Assembly (NCBI GenBank): GCA_049510065.1
Contig: JBEKZH010000010.1
Coordinates: 17,653 to 81,652 of the forward strand
Direction of reading: 5' to 3'
Length of the DNA: 64,000 bases
Source of the DNA: Bryobacteraceae bacterium
Lineage (GTDB): Bacteria > Acidobacteriota > Terriglobia > Bryobacterales > Bryobacteraceae
Under the pieces are notes generated by a model. It had not been told where the DNA came from. It saw only the letters and a program-made list of their open reading frames with translations, and searched no databases. Positions 9,401 through 18,744 of the stretch are shown here, piece by piece. Numbering within the stretch: the stretch's first letter is position 1; each line of letters starts with the position of its first letter. Both the position numbers and the translations under genes were made by a program.

Positions 9401-10107
9401 AGGCGACCAATGCCGACCTGCAGCATTTTGCTTATGCGCTCACGCACGACTTGCAGGAACCTCTGCGGATGGTAGTGAACTTTACCGAGCTGCTGGGACG
9501 GGAGTATAAGGGAAGGCTGGGCGAAGACGCGGACAAGTTCATCTCCTACTCCGTGGAAGGCGCCCTGAGGATAGAGGCCCTGCTGAAGGCCCTGCTTGCG
9601 TACTGGGAGGTTGCCGGGCGGGAACAGGACAGCTTCGCCTCCATCGATTGCGGCGCTGTTCTCTCCACGGTGCTGTTCAACCTCCAGGCGGCTATTGCGC
9701 ATAGTGGCGCCATTGTAACCTCCGATCCACTGCCAACCGTGGTGGCCGAAGAGATTATGCTGCTGCAGCTTTTTCAGAACCTCATTTCCAATTCGATCAA
9801 GTACAAAAGCGAGGAAGCGCCGAGAATCCACGTCTCGGCGGAGAGAGACGCGGAAGGATGGCTGCTTGCCGTGCGGGACAACGGAATCGGTATCGATCCG
9901 CAAGACGCCGGCCGGGTGTTCGGCATGTTCAAACGCCTGCATGGGAGGGAAATCCCCGGCACTGGCATCGGACTTGCTCTGTGTAAGAAAGTTGTCGAGC
10001 GCCAGGGTGGACGAATCTGGGTGGAATCGGAGACAGGGCGGGGCGCTACGTTTAAGTTCACCATTCCCGCAGGCCATAAAGAGGCCGGGCCCCGGCGCGC
10101 GGACTGA
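6412..10107 (+). CDS. Multidomain CheB-methylesterase / CheR-methyltransferase / PAS / histidine kinase
   Basis: 1231 aa. Domains in order: CheB-like (VGVGASAGGLEA...FVLIQHL), CheR-like SAM methyltransferase (IWVPGCSTGEEAYS), a coiled coil (EELRAANEEAQAGNEELETAQEELESANEEL), PAS region(s), HisKA (ALTHDLQEPLR) and HATPase_c (DNGIGI...GTGIGLALCKK). Confidence 0.9.
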   Translation: MAKKTGKRRPVDSPPSKQRTTPAGIAATAAAGPVSALAIGPPAAEERAEDSSPPIVGVGASAGGLEAYTELLSHLPDDTGLAFVLIQHLDPTHESHLTELLSKASRMPVSEVKGDTRAEANHVYVIPPRCNLGISDGVLHTSPRPETGRNMPIDSFLNALAADRGRGAIGVVLSGTASDGTLGLQAIKAAGGITLAQDKRTAKFDGMPGSAIAAGTVDFVLPPAGIARQLVAIARDARVPIEPRKAAEQPGEAELKKIFRLVRSATGIDFTYYKHSTLKRRIKRRMALRGFDKLEDYSRDLDGNREEANALCESFFITVTAFFREPAVFEELKKRVFPALVANRRPEDPIRIWVPGCSTGEEAYSIAICLMEFLEEAGVSLPFEVFATDISETAIERARAGTYTDAALAHVSPQRLARFFTRAERGHQIAKIIRDMCVFAKHNVAQDPPFSRLDLISCCNVLIYLGAVLQRKVLSMLHYALKPTGFLVLGPSEGIGTLSESFHQIERTHRIYRMRPDASTPAPPLSEGRRAEGRVDLRERIAAGRAGLDVQREADRLVLAEHGPPGAIIDDDMNVVQVRGHTAPYLELSPGEPTQNLLKMAREGLIVGLVKAIRAARQTNAITKEDGFRIEGSGQLKEVAIQVFPFTGSSASKERYFLVLFEDTERNGDPRAKPRPATHDDPGSARLRRELAATKEYLQSIIDDKATTLEELRAANEEAQAGNEELETAQEELESANEELNTLNEDLKISNVELSHVNRDLTNLLESISIPLVMVGRDLRIRRFTRAMEPMLNLIASDVGRSITDLQPQMELPDLRRLLLDAMEGGDRKPRDIRDAHGHWYSLRILPSVGPDGRTDGAVLMLIDIDAAKRGLDFAEAIVETVREPLVILDQNLKVVKANKTFYEAFQAAREETEERLIYDLGNGQWNIPRLRELLENILPAHATFRNFEVTHEFEHVGRKVMLLNASEIFNPNAQARSILLAIEDATDRKQAEEALKATNADLQHFAYALTHDLQEPLRMVVNFTELLGREYKGRLGEDADKFISYSVEGALRIEALLKALLAYWEVAGREQDSFASIDCGAVLSTVLFNLQAAIAHSGAIVTSDPLPTVVAEEIMLLQLFQNLISNSIKYKSEEAPRIHVSAERDAEGWLLAVRDNGIGIDPQDAGRVFGMFKRLHGREIPGTGIGLALCKKVVERQGGRIWVESETGRGATFKFTIPAGHKEAGPRRAD

Positions 10108-10109
10108 AT

Positions 10110-10889
10110 ATGGGCAACTCCGGCGAAAACCGCAGGGAAGACGAACTCGAGCGCTTGCGCAAGGCGCTTGACGCGGAAACGCTGCGATGCCTTGACGTGC
10201 AGAGACAGTTGGACCGGGCGAACGCGGACTTTGAAGAGTTTGTCTCTATGGCGGCTCACAACCTCCGCGAGTCTCTCCGGGACGTTGCCTCATTCAGTCA
10301 ACTGATGGCCGAGACCTGCGCCGGCCGCCTGGATTCCGATGCCGGCGTGTTCCTGGAGCGCATCCAGGAGGGGGCGGCAAGAATGCAGTCACTGCTCGCC
10401 GACGTGGTGGACTACTGGGCCGCGGGTACTGGCGACCTGCAGTTCTCCCGGACGGACATGGAAGCGGTCCTTCGCCAGGCGCTCCTCTCGACGGACAAAA
10501 AGATAACAGAACGGAGCGCAGCCGTTACCCACGACCCTTTGCCGCCCGTGCACGGGGACTTCGAATTACTGGCCACGGTCCTGCACCATCTGATCGATAA
10601 TGCCATCGAATACTGCGGCACGCCTTGTCCGCGCGTTCACATTTCATCCAGGCGAGAAGATCTCGAATGGGTATTCTCCGTGCAAGACAATGGCCCCGGC
10701 ATAGACCCCGCATTCCAGAACCGCATATTCGGGGTGTTCAAGCGCCTGCACGGGAAAGAACATCCCGGGAACGGGCTTGGACTCGCATTCTGCAGGAAGG
10801 CCATCGAGTGGCATGGCGGTCGCATGTCGATGGAATCGACACCTGGGGCGGGATCGACATTCTACTTCACTCTGCCTCCGGCCGACTGA
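10110..10889 (+). CDS. Soluble sensor histidine kinase (coiled coil + HisKA + HATPase_c)
   Basis: MAAHNLRESLR H-box, N/G boxes (DNAIEY, DNGPGI, GNGLGLAFCRK), no TM segment. Starts 2 nt after the stop of the preceding kinase. Confidence 0.85.
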   Translation: MGNSGENRREDELERLRKALDAETLRCLDVQRQLDRANADFEEFVSMAAHNLRESLRDVASFSQLMAETCAGRLDSDAGVFLERIQEGAARMQSLLADVVDYWAAGTGDLQFSRTDMEAVLRQALLSTDKKITERSAAVTHDPLPPVHGDFELLATVLHHLIDNAIEYCGTPCPRVHISSRREDLEWVFSVQDNGPGIDPAFQNRIFGVFKRLHGKEHPGNGLGLAFCRKAIEWHGGRMSMESTPGAGSTFYFTLPPAD

Positions 10890-11043
10890 CATTCTCCGGT
10901 CGCCGCCACCGTCCGGCGCCCGTACCGGGGCCTGGCTTGGATTCCAGCCGTGGAGCCGGCAGGTAAAGGAATTGCACTTGAGTGCAGGTTTTGCCGGTGC
11001 CCGCGTAGCCGTCCTGACAGCCCGTGGCAGAACTCTCGAACAA

Positions 11044-11117
11044 CCGCTTGCTAACGCGCGCGGCTCAGTAGAATCAGTGCGTTGCCGAGCCGCGACCGTC
11101 AGGAAGCGGGTTTTGCC
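11044..11117 (+). repeat. REP-like palindromic element, same family as 6171-6257
   Basis: CTAACGCGCGCGGCTCAGTAGAATCAGTGCGTTGCCGAGCCGCGACCGTCAGGAAGCGGGTTTTGCC. Confidence 0.7.
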
Positions 11118-11321
11118 ACGGGCTGCTCCGGCCTGTTACCTGTTTACAGTACGGCAACCCACGTGCATTGCCAAAGCTCGGAGAGTGGTGAAGGTATGAT
11201 CCAACCGGGAAAGGCACATCGCCTCTTACTTACGCTCGTGCTCTGTTGCTTATGGGCAACCAGCGCTTACGGCGGGTCCTCTTCTTCGCTACGTTCATTG
11301 ACGGGACAAACGGGAGAGACT

Positions 11322-11579
11322 ATGTCATTGTTGGCCTGGCTGGCTCTCGGTCTGATTGCAGGGTTCATCGGCAGCAAGATTGTAAACAGTAGAGGTGAGG
11401 GCATCCTGCTCGACATCCTGTTGGGTGTTGTCGGCGCTTTTGTTGGTGGCTGGCTGTTCCACGTCTTTGGTGCCTCCGGTGTAAGCGGACTCAACCTCTA
11501 CAGTCTCTTCGTGGCCGTTATCGGCTCAGTGGTTCTGCTGGTTCTCTATCACGCCCTCAGACGGAGAAGACGGTGGTAG
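11322..11579 (+). CDS. GlsB/YeaQ/YmgE-family (transglycosylase-associated) stress membrane protein
   Basis: ATG at 11322 after GGGAGAG. MSLLAWLALGLIAGFIGSKIVNSRGEGILLDILLGVVGAFVGGWLF is the family signature. The upstream part of ORF 11082-11579 looks non-coding. Confidence 0.8.
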   Translation: MSLLAWLALGLIAGFIGSKIVNSRGEGILLDILLGVVGAFVGGWLFHVFGASGVSGLNLYSLFVAVIGSVVLLVLYHALRRRRRW

Positions 11580-11634
11580 TGCACCAGCCGCTGGATTCGT
11601 TCGCAGTTTGTTACTAAGAAAAGGAGAGCGTGTT

Positions 11635-11931
11635 ATGGTTCTGAAACGATTGATCGGGTTGGTTTTTGCAGGCGCGCTGGCGTTCAGCAGCGTTGCGATG
11701 GCGGAGGTTGTGGTTCGCATCGGGCCACCCCATGCTGCACGCGAGAACCGGGGTCGGCGGCCCAGCCGTGACCATGTGTGGATTTCCGGGTACCATCGTT
11801 GGGATGGCAACGCGTACGCCTGGACCCCGGGAAGGTGGGAACAGCCTCCACGGCGGGGTGCCCGCTGGGAACAGCATCGCTGGGTTCACCGTCACGACGG
11901 CTGGGTTTTCGTGGAGGGGCACTGGCGCTAG
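11635..11931 (+). CDS. Secreted WXXGXW/YXWGXW-repeat protein
   Basis: ATG at 11635 after AAGGAGAG. Signal peptide, then W-rich repeats (HVWISGYHRWDG, YAWTPGRWEQ, RWVHRHDGWVFVEGHW). Confidence 0.7.
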   Translation: MVLKRLIGLVFAGALAFSSVAMAEVVVRIGPPHAARENRGRRPSRDHVWISGYHRWDGNAYAWTPGRWEQPPRRGARWEQHRWVHRHDGWVFVEGHWR

Positions 11932-12026
11932 ATCCGCCTCACAGCAAACTCACATGCCGGTAGACGGCGCTACCGGCATGTGGCCTGATTCCGCCAGCTT
12001 GTCCAGACCCAGGCCGGGCAGCAACA

Positions 12027-12788
12027 ATGATTCGATTTGTATTATCGGCGATGCTGCTCTGCCAGGCGTACGGTTATGCGCAATCAGGACCGCAGCCTCC
12101 ATGCGGAAAGGACCCCGTTCCGCCCTGGCCTGGTCTGGGTAATCCGCCCGACGTGAGGTTCTGGAGCGAGTCTGACCTGGGCCACGACTGGAGACCACCC
12201 GCGTGCACCGGCTGGGCCGCAACGGGCTTTTCCACGTTGGTAACCACAGTCGCGCGATTTCGCTATACCTCGGGAGTTGAGGGCTTGCTTCACCACATCG
12301 GGGCGCCTTCCGAACTCGCGGGCATGCGCTACTGGTCCACCACCCACAAGCAGTGGCAGACACTAATCGTGAACGCCCACGCTTTAGCCGGCTCGCAGCC
12401 AGGTCACCGCCGACAGGATTTCACGCTCGCCGAGATGAAGGAAGGACAGGTTCTCTACTTTGAACAGGTCGACAATCTGTCTGGCACGGCCATCTACAGA
12501 ATGCACATCCAGGAGGCTTCGGACGACCGGCTCGTCTTCGATGTCGAGAATGTCAGCACCGTGCGCTATTTCCTTGTGACACTCTTCCATCCGGGTGAGA
12601 TGCAGTCGATCTACTTTCTGGATCGCGAATCGGACAACGTCTGGCGGTACTACAGCATCGCGCGCACCGGACGGAACGCGAGCCGGCTGGCCACGGGACA
12701 TGAGTCTTCCTCGATCAACCGGGCCGTTGCGTTCTATCGCTCGCTGGCCGGAATCCCCACCGACCAGGAGCCTCCCGCGGTGCGATGA
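12027..12788 (+). CDS. Hypothetical secreted protein
   Basis: 253-aa ORF with a signal peptide (MIRFVLSAMLLCQAYGYAQS) and protein-like composition. No motif that I can name with confidence. Confidence 0.55.
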   Translation: MIRFVLSAMLLCQAYGYAQSGPQPPCGKDPVPPWPGLGNPPDVRFWSESDLGHDWRPPACTGWAATGFSTLVTTVARFRYTSGVEGLLHHIGAPSELAGMRYWSTTHKQWQTLIVNAHALAGSQPGHRRQDFTLAEMKEGQVLYFEQVDNLSGTAIYRMHIQEASDDRLVFDVENVSTVRYFLVTLFHPGEMQSIYFLDRESDNVWRYYSIARTGRNASRLATGHESSSINRAVAFYRSLAGIPTDQEPPAVR

Positions 12789-12814
12789 AGGCAGGAGTCT
12801 GGCGGATGGCCGTG

Positions 12815-14134
12815 CTATCTGGAAAGGGGCGGCCCCGCCGCGGCATCCGCGGGATGCCTCAGGTCCACGTCCACGGACTGCAATTGATCGAGTTCTTCCA
12901 GCACCCTGGCCCAATCCTTGTCGTTAGTCCCGGTCGAACCGGGAGCGCCACGGTCGTGGTAGAAAGCGAGAATATCGCGTCGGAGGTCCTGAGGCGCTTC
13001 CGTGTAGTGGCCCTGCAACTTGTGTAGTAACTGCGAGTAAGCGGCATCCGTCAGTTTATATTTCCCCGCTGCGGTGAACGTTCCCACGTCAAGATTGTCA
13101 TTCGGCAGCTTAAGACCGCCCGCATTCTGCTCCGAAAGCAGTTCACGATAACGGTTAATCGTCGAATTGAAGCTGGCCATGTACATCTTTTCGGTCTCGG
13201 GCGTCAGCTTCTTAAAAGACAGCGCCCGGAACGGGCCTGCCCTTGGCACGAGGCGGAATACAAATGCCAGGATTTTCGACCGGATCCCCGGCCGCTCATA
13301 AGTAGAGCCCCAATTCTTCTCGTAGCTGGAACGAGATAGATTGTAGAGGAACATCTTACGCGTAACGCTCGGGGCCTCTTTCCTGATGTCCTGTTTCCTG
13401 AGTTGCCAGGCCACTCTCGTGATCGCCGGCAGAACCGTCCCGATGGCATGGCGATACGATCCGATGGTGAGATCCACGTTCATGAATACCGTTTCCAGTC
13501 TCATCCCATAGGTATCCTGAAACGCTCGATCGAGCAATGGTTTCGCGACTTCAAAACCGATGAAGCTCTTGTATGCGGCGGAGGCGTAGCGTCCCTTCGC
13601 TGCCTGAAAGACATCGAAAGCGAACTCCGTCTTGTAGTGAGCGGCTGGATCGTCGGCATACGTTACCAGCGTTCCAAACTTCCGGCCCAGCTTCGGGTAG
13701 AACAAGGGAACGGCCCGGTTAACGGCCATTGGGTGACCATCATTATCGGCGGCATAGTGCGACAATGTTCCCAGAGCGAAAGCGTACTCATTAAGGTCCT
13801 GGGAGTCGCGGATCAGGTTGAGGATAAAATCGCCGCTCCGGACGTAATGTGTCAAATCGCTGAAGAACTTGTTGCCGAACGGATAATACCCCAGATCCTG
13901 GATGATGCATCCTCCGTAGGCGTATGCGTGTGCCTGGGTCAACTCGTCCGCGGTGGCGGCCGGGAATCGTTTGAGTAGCAGCGGTCTGATTGCGCTGTCC
14001 CACGTCGAATCGATGATCGCTTCGTGGGTGAGAACGGAATATGAGTAGGCGGCCGGGGCCAGCAACAGCAGCAGCCCAGCAGCGGCCGTGTGCCGAAGCT
14101 TCCAGAGCCGGCGCATTGCCTCATGTTGTGTCAT
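12815..14134 (-). CDS. Zinc-dependent phospholipase C-like family protein
   Basis: Start moved to the ATG at 14134 (AGGAGGG 6 nt upstream). A signal peptide is followed by YSVLTHEAIID, the N-terminal His motif of PLC-like zinc proteins. The longer 518-aa ORF has an arginine-rich, non-protein-like extension. Confidence 0.7.
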   Translation of the reverse strand: MTQHEAMRRLWKLRHTAAAGLLLLLAPAAYSYSVLTHEAIIDSTWDSAIRPLLLKRFPAATADELTQAHAYAYGGCIIQDLGYYPFGNKFFSDLTHYVRSGDFILNLIRDSQDLNEYAFALGTLSHYAADNDGHPMAVNRAVPLFYPKLGRKFGTLVTYADDPAAHYKTEFAFDVFQAAKGRYASAAYKSFIGFEVAKPLLDRAFQDTYGMRLETVFMNVDLTIGSYRHAIGTVLPAITRVAWQLRKQDIRKEAPSVTRKMFLYNLSRSSYEKNWGSTYERPGIRSKILAFVFRLVPRAGPFRALSFKKLTPETEKMYMASFNSTINRYRELLSEQNAGGLKLPNDNLDVGTFTAAGKYKLTDAAYSQLLHKLQGHYTEAPQDLRRDILAFYHDRGAPGSTGTNDKDWARVLEELDQLQSVDVDLRHPADAAAGPPLSR

Positions 14135-14464
14135 AGCTTCCCTCCTGGCGACGTTGCAGCGAGCGCCAGGGCCCGCTTCAGGTGTCGAGGCGGCTGCCGT
14201 GGCGGATCCTGCGCTTGCGGCCGGTTCGGCTGTTCCGGACGGGTGAAGGCACGTTCGTGACCACCGTCGCCTGCGGTACGCTCCGGCACAGGAGCTATAT
14301 GGGCGGTAGCAAATTCCACACCCTGGTGCAGATATTGCACCCCGGCTCCGGCGACTTTCCGCTAACCCCACGCTGGCTCAGCGGCCTCGGCCTCCAACTG
14401 CGAGGGTTCTGTTCTGGACCATCCCGTGCTGGGAGACCATGGACGGCCCGTATGGGCGAAAGGG

Positions 14465-14860
14465 ATGGCCATGAAGATAACACCCACCGGGATGGGCGGG
14501 TTCCAGGAGACCCTCGAACGAAGAGAGGCCGAACTGGTTCGGGTATTGCGAAGGCGGGATGACATTGCCATCGAGAAGAGCGCGGATCAAATGGATGAGA
14601 TTCAGTATGCGTCGGAACGAGATCTGGCGATTCGAAACGTGGACCGTGAATCCAACCTGTTGCGTGACGTGAAAGCCGCATTGCGACGGATTCACGACGG
14701 CAGCTTTGGAACCTGCATTGAGTGCGAATGGGCCATCAGCCCAAAACGCCTCGCGGCCGTGCCCTGGACGTCACGTTGTATCCAGTGCCAGCAAGCTGTC
14801 GATCGGGATCGGCGGGAGAGAACGGAATCTCTCAGCGAGCCTCTCCTCCATGCCGCGTGA
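14465..14860 (+). CDS. DksA/TraR-family C4 zinc-finger protein
   Basis: A coiled-coil N-terminal half and CIECEWAISPKRLAAVPWTSRCIQCQ (CxxC-N17-CxxC). The start is uncertain (ATG 14465 or 14471). Confidence 0.75.
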   Translation: MAMKITPTGMGGFQETLERREAELVRVLRRRDDIAIEKSADQMDEIQYASERDLAIRNVDRESNLLRDVKAALRRIHDGSFGTCIECEWAISPKRLAAVPWTSRCIQCQQAVDRDRRERTESLSEPLLHAA

Positions 14861-14926
14861 ATGAGCGTTTCCGCGCCTCACCCGTCGCTCACCATCGCCG
14901 GTTAAGGAATAAGGTGGGTCCAGGTT

Positions 14927-17224
14927 GTGAACATAGCCTCCAGCATTCGAACTATCGCGTTTCTCGGCGACTACCTGCCGCGCAAATGCGGCATTGCCAC
15001 GTTCACATCCGACCTGCTCGGAGCTGTGGCGGCGCGGCATCCCCGAAGCCGCTGCTTCGCGGTGCCGGTCAATGACATCGAGGGGCGCTATCAGTACCCG
15101 GACGTTGTTCGCTTCGAGATTGAGGAGCAGGATCTGGGGTCTTACCGGCGCGCCGCCGACTTCCTGAACACCAGCGAAGTGGACGTTGTCTCGGTCCAGC
15201 ACGAGTTCGGAATTTTCGGCGGGCCGGCCGGCAGCCACTTACTGGCGCTGCTCGGTGAGTTGAGAGCGCCGGTTGTCACCACGCTTCACACCGTTCTTCG
15301 CAAGCCCAACGCCGACCAGCATCGCGTGATGCAGAGATTGATCGTGCACTCAACCCGGCTGGTGGTCATGACGGAGCGGGGACAAACCATCCTGCAGGAG
15401 GTTTACCAGGCGCCATCGGCCAAAATCGATCTCATCCCGCATGGTATTCCCGACGTACCATTCGTCGCCCCGGATTGTTACAAAGACCAGTTTGGCGTGG
15501 CCGGAAAGAAGGTGTTGCTGACGTTCGGGCTGCTGTCGCCGAACAAGGGGATTGAGCATGTGCTCAACGCTCTCCCGGATATCGTGGCCGAGTTTCCCGA
15601 CGTCGTCTACATCGTGCTGGGCGCCACGCACCCCAACGAGCTGCGCACGCGAGGCGAAACCTACCGCCTCGGCCTCGAAGCCATCGCCAGAAAAAACAAC
15701 ATCGAGAACAACGTCATCTTCCACAACCGCTTTGTGGAACTGCAGGAACTGACCGAGTTCATTGGAGCCGCGGATCTTTACATTACTCCGTATCTGGACG
15801 AGGCCCAGATTACGTCGGGAACGCTGGCTTATGCGTTTGGCGCGGGCAAAGCCGTGATCTCGACGCCGTATTGGCATGCCGCCGAATTGTTGCGGGACCA
15901 GCGTGGCGTTCTGGTGCCATTCGGGGACCCGAGGGCGATCGCGCGCGAGGTGAGCGGGTTGTTGCGCGATGAAACGCGCCGGAACGCCATGAGCGATAAC
16001 GCCTGGAGGCTGGGCCGCAAGATGGTGTGGAGCAACACAGCGGGGGTGTACATGCGCTCCTTCGAAATGGCACGACAGCAGGGAACAGGGGCACCCCGCG
16101 AATCTGTTGCGGTGAACGGGTTCGGCCATCGGCCGCACGAATCGCCGACGATGAATCTGGATCATCTTTACCACATGACCGATTCGACGGGCATTTTCCA
16201 GCACGCGAGCTTCACTGCGCCGAATCTTTCGGAAGGCTACTGCACGGACGACAATGCCCGCGCACTCATTCTGGCGGTGATGCTCGGCCAGTTGGAAGAA
16301 GCTCCGAAGGGCGTCCGGGCGCTCGCCACAACCTACGCCGCGTTCCTGAATGACGCCTTCAATTCAAAAACGACGCGCTTCCACAATTTCCTCAGCGTTG
16401 ACCGCCGTTGGCTCGATGAACGGGGATCCGAGGATTCTCATGGCCGGGCGATCTGGGCGCTGGGCACGGCGGTAGGGCGCTCGCCGCATTGGAGCTTGCA
16501 GATGATGGCCGAACAACTCTTCGCGCAGGCGCTGCCAGCCGTGACCGAGTTCACTTCGCCGCGGGCCTGGGCATTCAGCCTGATTGGCATTCACGAATAC
16601 CTGCGCCGGCAGAACGGCGACCGGCTGGCCAGGGATGTCCGCGAAGAACTGACTCAGCGGCTGGTGGCGATCTTCGACAAAGTCGCGGAGCCCGGCTGGT
16701 CCTGGTTTGAAGAAGGGTTGACATACGACAACGCCAAGCTCGCTCACGCCCTGATTGTCAGCGGATGCGCCACCGGACAAACCAGCGTGTACGAACGAGG
16801 TATCCGCGCTTTGCGCTGGCTGGTGGGCGTACAGACCTCGCAGCTCGGTCAACTGCGGCCCATTGGCAGCAACGGATTCTATAAGCGTAACGGCGCGCGC
16901 GCTGACTTCGACCAGCAGCCCATCGAGGCGCAGACCACGGTCTCGGCCTGCCTGGAAGCGTACCGCGCCACAGCCGACCCGTGGTGGTATGAACAGGCCC
17001 AACGCGCCTTCGACTGGTTCCTCGGCTGGAACGATCTCGGGCTGGAACTCTACTGCGCTCAGACCGGCGGCTGCCGCGATGGATTGCACGCGGACCGGAG
17101 CAACGAAAACCAGGGAGCGGAATCGATGCTCGCCTTTCTCCTGTCGCTTGCGGAAATGCGGCTGGTACAAAACACCGCGCATCGCGTTCAACCAGCCGGT
17201 CTGGCAGTCCCGATCACCCAATGA
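14927..17224 (+). CDS. Large glycosyltransferase family 4 (GT-B) protein with ~350-aa C-terminal extension
   Basis: The N-terminal half has GT4/GT1 features (IAFLGDYLPRKCGIATF..., EFPDVVYIVLGATHP..., ITPYLDEAQITSGTLAYAFGAGKAVISTPY). The C-terminal half has no named motif. Confidence 0.75.
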   Translation: MNIASSIRTIAFLGDYLPRKCGIATFTSDLLGAVAARHPRSRCFAVPVNDIEGRYQYPDVVRFEIEEQDLGSYRRAADFLNTSEVDVVSVQHEFGIFGGPAGSHLLALLGELRAPVVTTLHTVLRKPNADQHRVMQRLIVHSTRLVVMTERGQTILQEVYQAPSAKIDLIPHGIPDVPFVAPDCYKDQFGVAGKKVLLTFGLLSPNKGIEHVLNALPDIVAEFPDVVYIVLGATHPNELRTRGETYRLGLEAIARKNNIENNVIFHNRFVELQELTEFIGAADLYITPYLDEAQITSGTLAYAFGAGKAVISTPYWHAAELLRDQRGVLVPFGDPRAIAREVSGLLRDETRRNAMSDNAWRLGRKMVWSNTAGVYMRSFEMARQQGTGAPRESVAVNGFGHRPHESPTMNLDHLYHMTDSTGIFQHASFTAPNLSEGYCTDDNARALILAVMLGQLEEAPKGVRALATTYAAFLNDAFNSKTTRFHNFLSVDRRWLDERGSEDSHGRAIWALGTAVGRSPHWSLQMMAEQLFAQALPAVTEFTSPRAWAFSLIGIHEYLRRQNGDRLARDVREELTQRLVAIFDKVAEPGWSWFEEGLTYDNAKLAHALIVSGCATGQTSVYERGIRALRWLVGVQTSQLGQLRPIGSNGFYKRNGARADFDQQPIEAQTTVSACLEAYRATADPWWYEQAQRAFDWFLGWNDLGLELYCAQTGGCRDGLHADRSNENQGAESMLAFLLSLAEMRLVQNTAHRVQPAGLAVPITQ

Positions 17225-18678
17225 AACAAATCGACATAAAACGCAGCACCGTCACGTTGGACCCGGACCCCACGCATGTGCTGGCCCGGCCTTTTCGTCT
17301 GATGAGCGACCAGCGTTCCATTAAGATCGCCGCCCGGGTTATGGCTCTTCCCGAAAACGAAGTCCATACCCTTTTGGCGGGGGTTCGAGCCGAATTCGGT
17401 GACCGCCAACTGAAGATCGACGAATTCCTCCGCCGGAGGTTTTACGAGGTCAGCCCCTGGCTGCTCAATGGCCAAACACCGTCCGAAGAACGGAAGTTGT
17501 TGCTGGGAGGGTATTTCACTCACGAGTTCTCGCTCGAAGCCGCTGCCTTGTTCAATCCCTCCATGGTGCCGCACGCGGATCAGTCGGATGTGGCGCCCGG
17601 ATCGTTGCGTTTCATTCTGAGCTTGCGCGCCACGGCCGAGGGGCACGTTTCCTCGATCGCTTTTCGCAGCGGAGTATTGGACGCCAACAGTAATGTCACA
17701 ATGGACGTGCCCTCCCGCTACAGCCTCGAGCCGGCGCAAGTGCCCAACTCGATGTTTGAAAAACCTCTGTTCGAGCGGAAGCTTCAGGAACTCCGTCTCA
17801 TGGGCGACTTCAACCGGGAGGTTCTCAACGGTTTGCCGGACGCATTCACGATGGAAGAACTGCGCGCCAGCATCACTCGCGCGGCACAACAACTCCCGGA
17901 CCGCGAGCGGGAAACGACCAGGGGCGTAGCCAGAGAAACGCTGATGCTGGCCCAATCCAATTACGAAGTACAGTTCGCGCCGGAGTCGGATTTGTCGGAG
18001 CGGGTCTTGTTCCCAGTCACGCCTTCGCAGAGCAATGGGATCGAGGATGCTCGCTTTGTCCTCTTCCACGAGGAAGACGGCACGCAGACTTATTACGCGA
18101 CTTACACCGCGTACGACGGAAAGATGATCCTGCCCCAACTTCTCGAGACGTCCGACTTTCTTCGTTTCAAATTCATCACGTTGAACGGCCCGGCCGTCGA
18201 GAACAAAGGCATGGCGCTCTTCCCCCGCAAGATCAAGGGTCTCTATGCGATGCTTGGCCGGCAGGACGCGGAGAATATCTACCTGATGTTCTCCGATCAT
18301 CTCCACTTCTGGCACACCATGCAGCTCATTCTGGAGCCCGCGTTCCCCTGGGAATTCATCCAGTTAGGCAACTGCGGCTCGCCCATCGAAACCGAAGCCG
18401 GCTGGCTCGTAATCAGCCACGGCGTGGGTCTCATGCGAAAGTACTGCATCGGCGCTTTCCTGCTCGATCGTGACGACCCGACCAAAGTAATCGGCCGCCT
18501 GCCGGAACCGCTGATCAAGCCAAATACAAACGAGCGCGACGGCTACGTGCCCAATGTCGTTTATTCGTGCGGCAGCCTCGTGCATGGCCGGCAGCTCGTC
18601 ATTCCCTATGGCATATCCGACTACGCCACGACGTTCGCGACGATACCGCTCGACCAGGTCCTGGCTGCGATGGAATAG
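17221..18678 (+). CDS. GH130-like glycosidase/phosphorylase (DUF377-type beta-propeller)
   Basis: Overlaps the GT4 stop by 4 nt. The C-terminal half (NGIEDARFV...YYATYTAYDG..., ENKGMALFPRKI..., GSPIETEAGWLVISHGVG..., YCIGAFLLD..., NVVYSCG) fits the GH130/PH1107-related family. Confidence 0.65.
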   Translation: MKQIDIKRSTVTLDPDPTHVLARPFRLMSDQRSIKIAARVMALPENEVHTLLAGVRAEFGDRQLKIDEFLRRRFYEVSPWLLNGQTPSEERKLLLGGYFTHEFSLEAAALFNPSMVPHADQSDVAPGSLRFILSLRATAEGHVSSIAFRSGVLDANSNVTMDVPSRYSLEPAQVPNSMFEKPLFERKLQELRLMGDFNREVLNGLPDAFTMEELRASITRAAQQLPDRERETTRGVARETLMLAQSNYEVQFAPESDLSERVLFPVTPSQSNGIEDARFVLFHEEDGTQTYYATYTAYDGKMILPQLLETSDFLRFKFITLNGPAVENKGMALFPRKIKGLYAMLGRQDAENIYLMFSDHLHFWHTMQLILEPAFPWEFIQLGNCGSPIETEAGWLVISHGVGLMRKYCIGAFLLDRDDPTKVIGRLPEPLIKPNTNERDGYVPNVVYSCGSLVHGRQLVIPYGISDYATTFATIPLDQVLAAME

Positions 18679-18744
18679 CGCCTGCGGGCTCCTAACCCGC
18701 GCACGGCGCCGTTTAGAAACCAGGGCGCGACGAAGCCAGCGCCC

